From NCBI GenBank assembly GCA_028534125.1, contig CM052821.1, positions 53,630,001 through 53,694,000 on the forward strand: a stretch of 64,000 bases of DNA, written 5' to 3'. A program made the translations under genes and the position numbers. Of this stretch, positions 57,516 through 64,000 are shown piece after piece. How positions within the stretch are numbered: position 1 is the first letter of the stretch; every line of letters begins with the position of its first letter. The notes beneath the pieces were generated by a model. It was not told where the DNA came from and made no database searches. It saw only the letters and a list, made by a program, of their open reading frames with translations. This stretch comes from Lama glama (lineage: Eukaryota).

Positions 57516-60500
57516 GTAAGTCACCTGGGGGTGGGGTGGGATGGGGAGCCTGAGGTCGCCGGGCACTGTGGGGCTGTCTCAGGAAGCCCCCGGGGTTCGT
57601 GCAGTCACACGGGGCAGCAGGGCCCTGGGTGGGTTTTGCTGCTCCCAGCAGTCCTGGAATCGTAGAGAAAGAGTGTGGTTCCTCCGGGGGCCCTGCATGA
57701 TGGGCGCGTGGTTTGCTTCTCAGAGCTGTGGGAGGCCGGGCGGGGATCAGATGAGTGCGGTGGGTAGTTGGGACCAAGGACAGGGGAGTGTCTGGGACGT
57801 GGCACGTGGTCTCACTGGCGGCGCTGGAGCAGGGAATGGACCAGGAGGAAAGGGAGGGCAGGGATGACCCAGGACTACAGAGCAGGATTAGCTGGATTCC
57901 TTACGGGGTGGACTTTTACATGTAGTTGTCCACCTTAAAATCTCCAGCTTAACAAACCTCTTTAGAGCCAGGCAGCCTTGGCTCTGGTCCCAGCTGGGCG
58001 GCTTCTGGCCAGCTCGGTTACCTCTATGTTCCCCAGCTGTGAGATGGGACCATGGGGTCGTTGAGGGGATTTCTAGGGATAAGTGTTCGCTCTACTTGGC
58101 CCAGGATCCAACACTCGTTCTCTGTTGCTATTAGTTTTCAGTGGCTGTTCCCCAAGTGCTGGTCCCTGCCCTGTTAAGGCCCCATCTTCATCTCAGCGAG
58201 GATGGCAGATAAAGGGACAGCTTGTGGCAGCGTTTAAACCCTCAGGGATCGAAAGTCCCCAGCTCTCAGCCACAGCCAGAGGCAGCCTGAGTCAGACTCA
58301 CTGCTTTGGGGACTATTTCAAAACAAAAAGCCGTCACCCACCCCAAATGCCACGCTCACCAGGGAGCAGAGCGGGCAATGCAGCTGCTCGAAGGAAGAGT
58401 GGAGACCAGGTGGAAGTTTCCCCTCATGCCATGTGAGCTGCCCCCAGAGCTGATGCCTGGCTGTGGGGACCTCTGGGTGAGGGGTGCCACCCCAGAGGCA
58501 CACCTGGGCTTGGCTATCGGGCTCTGTCCCTCATGGGTATCACGGGGACCGATGGCTCACACAGTCTCTTGCGTATGAAGAGGGACGGTGTCCTTCGGTT
58601 CTCAAAGGTCTTGAACGAGTGAAATTGCAGCAATTGTATGCCCTTAACTTCCTTAAGCAGGCCTTGAGCGGCGCTGGGGAAATTCAGTCTTCACTGTTCT
58701 TTCTAAGTAGCAATTCAGTTCTCTTGAATGTCTTCATTATTTAAAAAAAAACATTAAAAAGGAGGAGAGGAGAGGAAGCCCTCCTGTGTCCAGTTGCTGA
58801 GGGCTCAGAACAGCGCAGGGGTGCAGCTCATAGGGCCGGCGTGGGGGGCGGCGTGGGCCTCCCGGCCCTGCCCTGTGTCTGGGGGGGGCCCATTTGGGGG
58901 CGCTGTGCACCCTTCTGTTACCTCCCTGTCCTTCTGCCTGGAGGGGCCCAGACGCCGTGGGGTTGTAGAGGCCTAGAGGTGACCCAGTGGGGCCTTGGAG
59001 CGTCTTTAAGTGTGCCTTTGGTTTCCTGAAAGTTGTCACTTCTGTGGAGGATGGGCCTGGTTCGAGGTTTGGGGGACTTGAGGAGAATCAGTTCGGCGGG
59101 GGGCTGTGTGTGGCAGCCCAGGCAGAGGGGGTGAAGCCCGGCAGCCCTGGGAAGGGGTGCGTGAGGTCTGGTGGACCACATGGTGACTCCCTGCGGAGAG
59201 CCAGGGGTCGTGGTGTGACACCGGGGATGGACGCCTCTGCCCTGCCGCTGAGCCCAGGAGGGGCCGTGGCACCCCGAGAACAGTGTGGAGTCGTTCTCAG
59301 TGCCTGATAGGCCCGTCCGTGCTTGTGAAATGCAAACAGGCTATTAGTGGGTGACAGGTGCTCAGCTCCACCCTGGCTCCTGCTTCTGACGCAGGCCCCC
59401 AGGTCTCCTGGTTACCCAGACGCGCAGTGGCTCCTGCCGGCCCTTTCCCCCGGGGCCTCCTGAGCCCCACAGCCCCACGGCCCCACTGAGGCCGGACCCC
59501 ATCACCTCCCCTGGGTGCTGGTCCCCACTCGCCCCTCAGGTTGGTTCCTCTGCACTGTTTTTTGCTTCCTAAAGCATCCCCCCCACTGCTCCGTTTTCTC
59601 ATCGCCCCCACCTTGCCTTAAGCTGAAGCCACAGTCTTTGTAAGGGCCTCTTGGGCCCCCCCAGCCCACGCCTCCTGACACCCCTCATCTCTCTCTCTCT
59701 CTGGCCTCCTCGCTCTCCCCAGTGTCTGTGCTCCCCCAAGAGCACCCCAGGGGCTCCCCCTTCCGGCTTTTGCACTTGCAGGACCCTCAGCCTGACGTGC
59801 TCTCCCTCTGGACCCGCCCGTGGCTCAGTCCCTCAGGTCCCCTGGCTCTCAGCTCACTTTCCAGGGAGGCCCTCCCTGACCACCTGCCCGAATCACCATC
59901 CATTCTCCTGTTCGCCCGGCCCCAGCCCTGCCTAATTATTTCTTTGCTTATCTCTGCACACAAGGAGTGCCTTGCTGTGCTCCCGTGCCTAGCAGCCTCG
60001 GGTGCCCAGGCACTTGGGACCTCTCACTCAGCCCTTCCCTCTTCCCATTTGCACATGGCTCCTTGAGCTGGAAGCATCCTGGGCTGGAGTGTGTCTTCCT
60101 CCGCGTGCATCTCCAGCCCTGGGGAGGACACCTTCCAGGAGCTTCTGGAACACCAGGCAGATCTCCCACCGGGCTGCACACAGAACCAAATTCTGGGCCT
60201 CAGTTTCTCACATTAGCGCTTGGGGCAGGGTGGTTCACTCCCCCCCAGAGACCCTCCCCCCTTACCTCCTGAGGACATCACAATCCTGACTGAGGTGGAT
60301 GGGAGGCCTGTCTCTCCCCAAGGGAACTGGGATGATGTAGTCTGATCTCCATGGCAACGGGCTTGCTGCCTGCCTCTCCTCCGTGGGCCCCCCTCCCCCT
60401 CTCTGGGCTGCCGGGAGTTGGGGAGAAAGGAGGAGAAGCTTTCTTCCTCTTCCTCCTGGTCTCCTTACAGCCCCTGGTCTCTCCCCCTCACATCTCCCTG

Positions 60501-61379
60501 TTTCTGCTAACACTGCAGCTGGATCACGCCATTCCTGGTCACTGCCCTCCACGACTCCTCACCCTGAGGGACCCAGCCCCTCTTAGCCTCCCCCAGAGGC
60601 CACACTACCTGGAGCCCACTCTGGATTTCTCATGCCTCCCTTTGTGCTGTCTCTTCCCTCTGCCCGGAGTGCTCTTCCTCCACTTCCTGCCCCAGCAAGC
60701 CCCAGCCCAAACGTCAGGGCTCCTGAGTGAAGCCTTCCTCCGTCCCCGGCCCTGTGACCATGGCCTCAAGCTCAGGTGCTTCCAGGGGCCAGGCTGGGGA
60801 CAGGGAAGAGGGACGTGGCTGGATATGAAATGAGGAAGGGCTGGGTGTGGTGGGGAGTGCTGGGGTCTGGGGCAGACGGGGGCGTCTGCACCCCCACTTC
60901 CACAGGTAGCCTCTTAATGCTGGGGAGGAGGTGTGTAGGCTCAGTGTTGCCTCAGCTTCCAGGTCTTCAAGAGAAGCCAGAAATTCAGAACTTTTGGACA
61001 AATCTTCCAACTTAAAAAAATGCTGACTCAGACGGACAAAACCCACCTTATCTGGAGTAAACTTAGCGTCCCTGAAGTTGGACTTGGGTGGACATGGGGG
61101 CCCCTGGCTGGTTTGGCCCCTTTCCGCATCTTTCTGGCCTTTTTGGTGCCCATCCTCTTTGTGCTTCCCAGCCTGGGCCCCTCCCGGGGCCAGGACTGTC
61201 CCTGGAGCCTGCGGGGAGATCACCGAGTGCCAGTGACACCCCTGCCAGGTGGTGGCGGCTTGGCCCTTTGTTCACCATCTTGCTTCATTCTTACCCCGCC
61301 AGTGAGCCAGGGACTGTTTTTGCTTCTGTCTTATGGAGGGAAGAGGGAAGTCATGGGCACCAGGATCTGGACCCGATCT

Positions 61380-61700
61380 GTTTTCATTCCCAAGGCCAGG
61401 CACACCGCCCGGCCATGACGTCGTCCAGTCTCCCGGGTGCAGGTGAGCGGGGCGCGGGGGCGCCGGCCTCCAGACCCCGAGACGGCTCCCCTGCCGCCCT
61501 GACTGCGGGCCCAGCGGTGGCCCAGCTAAATATACCCGGCTGACGTCAAGGCTGCTCTGCTCCTGGGGTTTTTCTTAAGCTGCATTTAAAGTTTATGTTT
61601 TGCTTTGTGAAGATTTAGCTTTTTTCCCCCTTATAGCAGGCTGTCTGAGCATAATCTGGCTTAGATGATTATAAAAGTAATATACAGCTGCTGCGGTGGG
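61380..61700 (+). promoter_or_regulatory. Candidate intronic promoter/enhancer in intron 8
   Basis: CpG-rich; CATTCC (61385-61390), MEF2/TATA-like CTAAATATAC (61526-61535), full CRE TGACGTCA (61541-61548), TATAAAAG (61670-61677), E-box CAGCTG (61685-61690). Confidence 0.45.
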
Positions 61701-61909
61701 AGAGCTGGAGGAGGGGATTCTGCGGGGCTGGGCCTTTTGGTTGCTGTTGGCCTTTAGATGAAGGAAGTGGGGGCGCCCTTTCCCCAGCACCCCCCCGGCC
61801 AGGTGCACACGTGTGTGTGCGCACACCACACACAGGCGCACACACACCCTTCCTCTTGCTTCTCACCTTCCTTCCTGCCACCCACCACCAAGGCCAAGGA
61901 GGAGGCTGC

Positions 61910-61935
61910 CTGGGCTGGGCTGGGCTGGGCTGGGG
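61910..61935 (+). repeat. (CTGGG)5 pentamer repeat, near a degenerate (GT)/(CA) tract at ~61805-61848
   Basis: Read directly from the sequence. Confidence 0.9.
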
Positions 61936-63801
61936 TGTGAGCTGCCTCCCGGGGCCCTTGCCCGTGGACGCCGAGCACCCGCCTCTTGGCGCAGGCTCAA
62001 AGGAGTGGCCGGGATGCTCCCTCCAGGTGAGGACCCAGCTCTGGCTCACTTGGTCACGACCCACCTTCTCTTTCTCATTTCTCCCCCATCCCTCTCCCTG
62101 GGTCAGGCAGGGCCGTGCTGAAGCAGGCCCCAGGCCAGCTCTGGTTCTGGGCTCCGGCCCCCTATAGACAGGTGGAGGGGACTGCCTACCCCACCTCCCC
62201 CATCAAAGTGGGCTCCCCAGCCCCCTGAGCTCCACACTGGGTTTGGGCCCAAGTTTCAGCTCGTAGTATAGGGCCTCTACTGGCCAAGGTCCTCTTAGCA
62301 TGTACCACCCCCAGGCACCTTGAGGGGATGGACAGCTCCTTGAGGACAGAAGTAGGGGCCCCAGGGCCTTCCAAATGCCCTTCCCCCATCTCCCTCTGTC
62401 CTGGCAGTGACACCCCCCAGCCCTGTGTCCACCCTGGAGACTTCAGCCCTCCTGGTGGGGGTCCAGGCTGCAGTGTGCTCTGTCCAGCCTCCATGTGACC
62501 TGCCGTGGCAGTGTGAGGCCAGAACCGGGCCCCTGGCCCTCAGCCAGCCCTGCTCCTGTCTTGTCCACTGAGACCCATGCTGCCGTGGCCTCCAGTGGCC
62601 TCACCATTGAAGAGAAGGGATTGATTCTGTGTTAATTTGGAAGCATGGTTGTGCCCGTGAGTGGCAGTTAGAGTGGGTCGGGGTCCCTGGGAGAAGGGAG
62701 GTGGGTGGGACCCAGTGGAACGGCCCATCCCAGGCCCAGCAGACATTCCCACAGAGGTGGACACCCCGGGCAGCATAGGTCTGGAGGATTCTCAGCAAGA
62801 TTTCCTGGCTCTTTCATTTGCTCTGAGCACTGGCTGTGGGCCCTTCATTGATCTGGGAGCCAGTGACAGGGAACAAGTGAGACAGTGGTCCCAGCCTGCA
62901 AGGAGCTGACAGTCCAGCAGATAATACACAACAGACAAATAAAAATAAAAGTTACTCTCAAAGTAGTCATTAAGTGCTATGAAAATTGCCCCAGGGTAAG
63001 GGGACAGGGAGCGGAAGTGGGGTGCTCTTGTAGAAGCAGATGGTTGTGGAAGGCCCCTCAGAGGAGGTGACATCTCAGAGCAACCTGAAGGAAGTGAGGT
63101 GCGTGAACAGCAGGTGCAAAGGCCCTGTGGTGGGCATGTGATGGAGGAACAGCCAGAAAGCTGGTTAGTGGAGAGGGGTAGGGCGGGTGGGTGTGCTGGG
63201 GGCGATGCTGAGCCTGTCAGACCCTGTGGGCCCATGCGGAAGGGGATGAATTTTATTCTAGGAGTGATGAGAAGCTGGTGGAGAGTTTTAGTCAGGGCAG
63301 GGATCAGAGCGGGCAAGAAATGATGCAGTTTACATGTTAAATGGCTCTCTGTGCCTGCGAGGGCAAATGGATTGGGCTGGGAGTGAAGGAGGGAGACCGA
63401 TTAAGCAGGAGGTTGTAGCTGCTCCCAGGTGAGAGGAGATGGAGCTTGTATGGGGATGGTCAGATTTATCAATAAGATTTACCAACAAGACAAGGAACGT
63501 GGGAACAGAGAGGCAAGGACACCTGGAGTCCTGGGATGTGATGGGGGCATATGTCCAAGTGCCACCCGGTGTATTTCATGTTAAAAGATAGAAACTGAGT
63601 TAGGAGGAACCTTTGAAGCATCTTTTCCTTGATTTTACTCCTTGTCAGCACCGGCCCCTGGGTTCTGACAGGAGTGACAATGATTCTAGACAGGCTGAAC
63701 ATCCCATGGGATCAAAAGCTGCTGGGTCCCGGGGTCGGGCGGGGCTGAGAGCAGCACCCGGGTCTCCCTCAGCCCGTCTCTGTGTCTCCGCTTGTCTGCA
63801 G

Positions 63802-63863
63802 AGCGGGATGCCTTCGACACGCTCTTCGACCATGCCCCTGACAAGCTCAGCGTGGTAAAAAAG
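63802..63863 (+). CDS. PARVB: beta-parvin exon 9 (62 nt): (E)RDAFDTLFDHAPDKLSVVKK, helix preceding CH2
   Basis: Acceptor tctccgcttgtctgcag|AG; donor AAG|gtaagc; highly conserved parvin motif RDAFDTLFDHAPDK. Confidence 0.98.
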
Positions 63864-64000
63864 GTAAGCTCTCCGAGGGGGTGTGTTTCCTTCCCGTCTC
63901 CCTCCAAACTCCGTGCTGGGAAGAAGGTGGGAAAATGTTTGAAAAATCTCTGAAATGTTTGCCACTTGGATTGAAGTGTAATTATAGTCAAAAGCGTAAC

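Larger units (their letters stand above)
1..64000 (+). other. PARVB: PARVB gene body (partial: distal intron 1 through start of intron 9)
   Basis: Eight exons with canonical splice sites join in frame (662 nt) to a protein matching beta-parvin residues ~38-258. RIIVKQLEEDLYDGQ, RAPIRLPEHV and TTTTEMMMGRF match PARVB rather than PARVA/PARVG as I recall them. Confidence 0.97.

Noticed and set aside
63852-63860. Cryptic donor GTG|gtaaaa 9 nt inside exon 9
   Set aside because: Much weaker than the adjacent AAG|gtaagc; no evidence of use.
1-64000. A novel multi-gene or prokaryote-type system
   Set aside because: All credible coding signal belongs to PARVB; no second gene, snoRNA, miRNA or intact retroelement ORF could be supported from the sequence.

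Overview
Mammalian, GC-rich genomic DNA, most likely camelid (Camelus/Vicugna/Lama), judged from several tRNA-Ala-derived Vic-1-type SINEs and no ruminant Bov-A/BovB or pig PRE1 elements. The window lies inside one + strand gene, PARVB (beta-parvin/affixin). Bases 1-33338 are the 3' part of the large first intron. Eight coding exons follow (equivalent to human exons 2-9: 90, 71, 103, 141, 116, 59, 20 and 62 nt, all GT-AG and phase-compatible). They splice to ...SDLQEEGKNAINLPMSP...CH1 domain...MMMGRFERDAFDTLFDHAPDKLSVVKK. Exon 1 and exons 10 onward are outside the window. The rest is intron containing ancient repeats (MLT1 LTRs, L1M, L2, MIR, MER58/20/5/82/102), younger L1 and SINE copies, and three short assembly gaps. 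Nearly all ORFs in the supplied track are GC-rich noise. I found no evidence for a new multi-gene system. The most notable observations are: (1) a candidate unannotated exon/internal promoter in intron 8 whose ATG and phase-1 donor are in frame with exon 9 (possible CH2-only parvin or 16-aa cassette); (2) an apparent SINE-mediated relocation (or misassembly) of an L1 segment from ~43.2 kb to ~5.2 kb; (3) a CArG+MEF2 muscle-type enhancer; (4) a convergent CTCF pair; (5) inverted SINEs bracketing exons 4-7. Repeat names and human comparisons come from memory of consensus sequences, and repeat boundaries are approximate.
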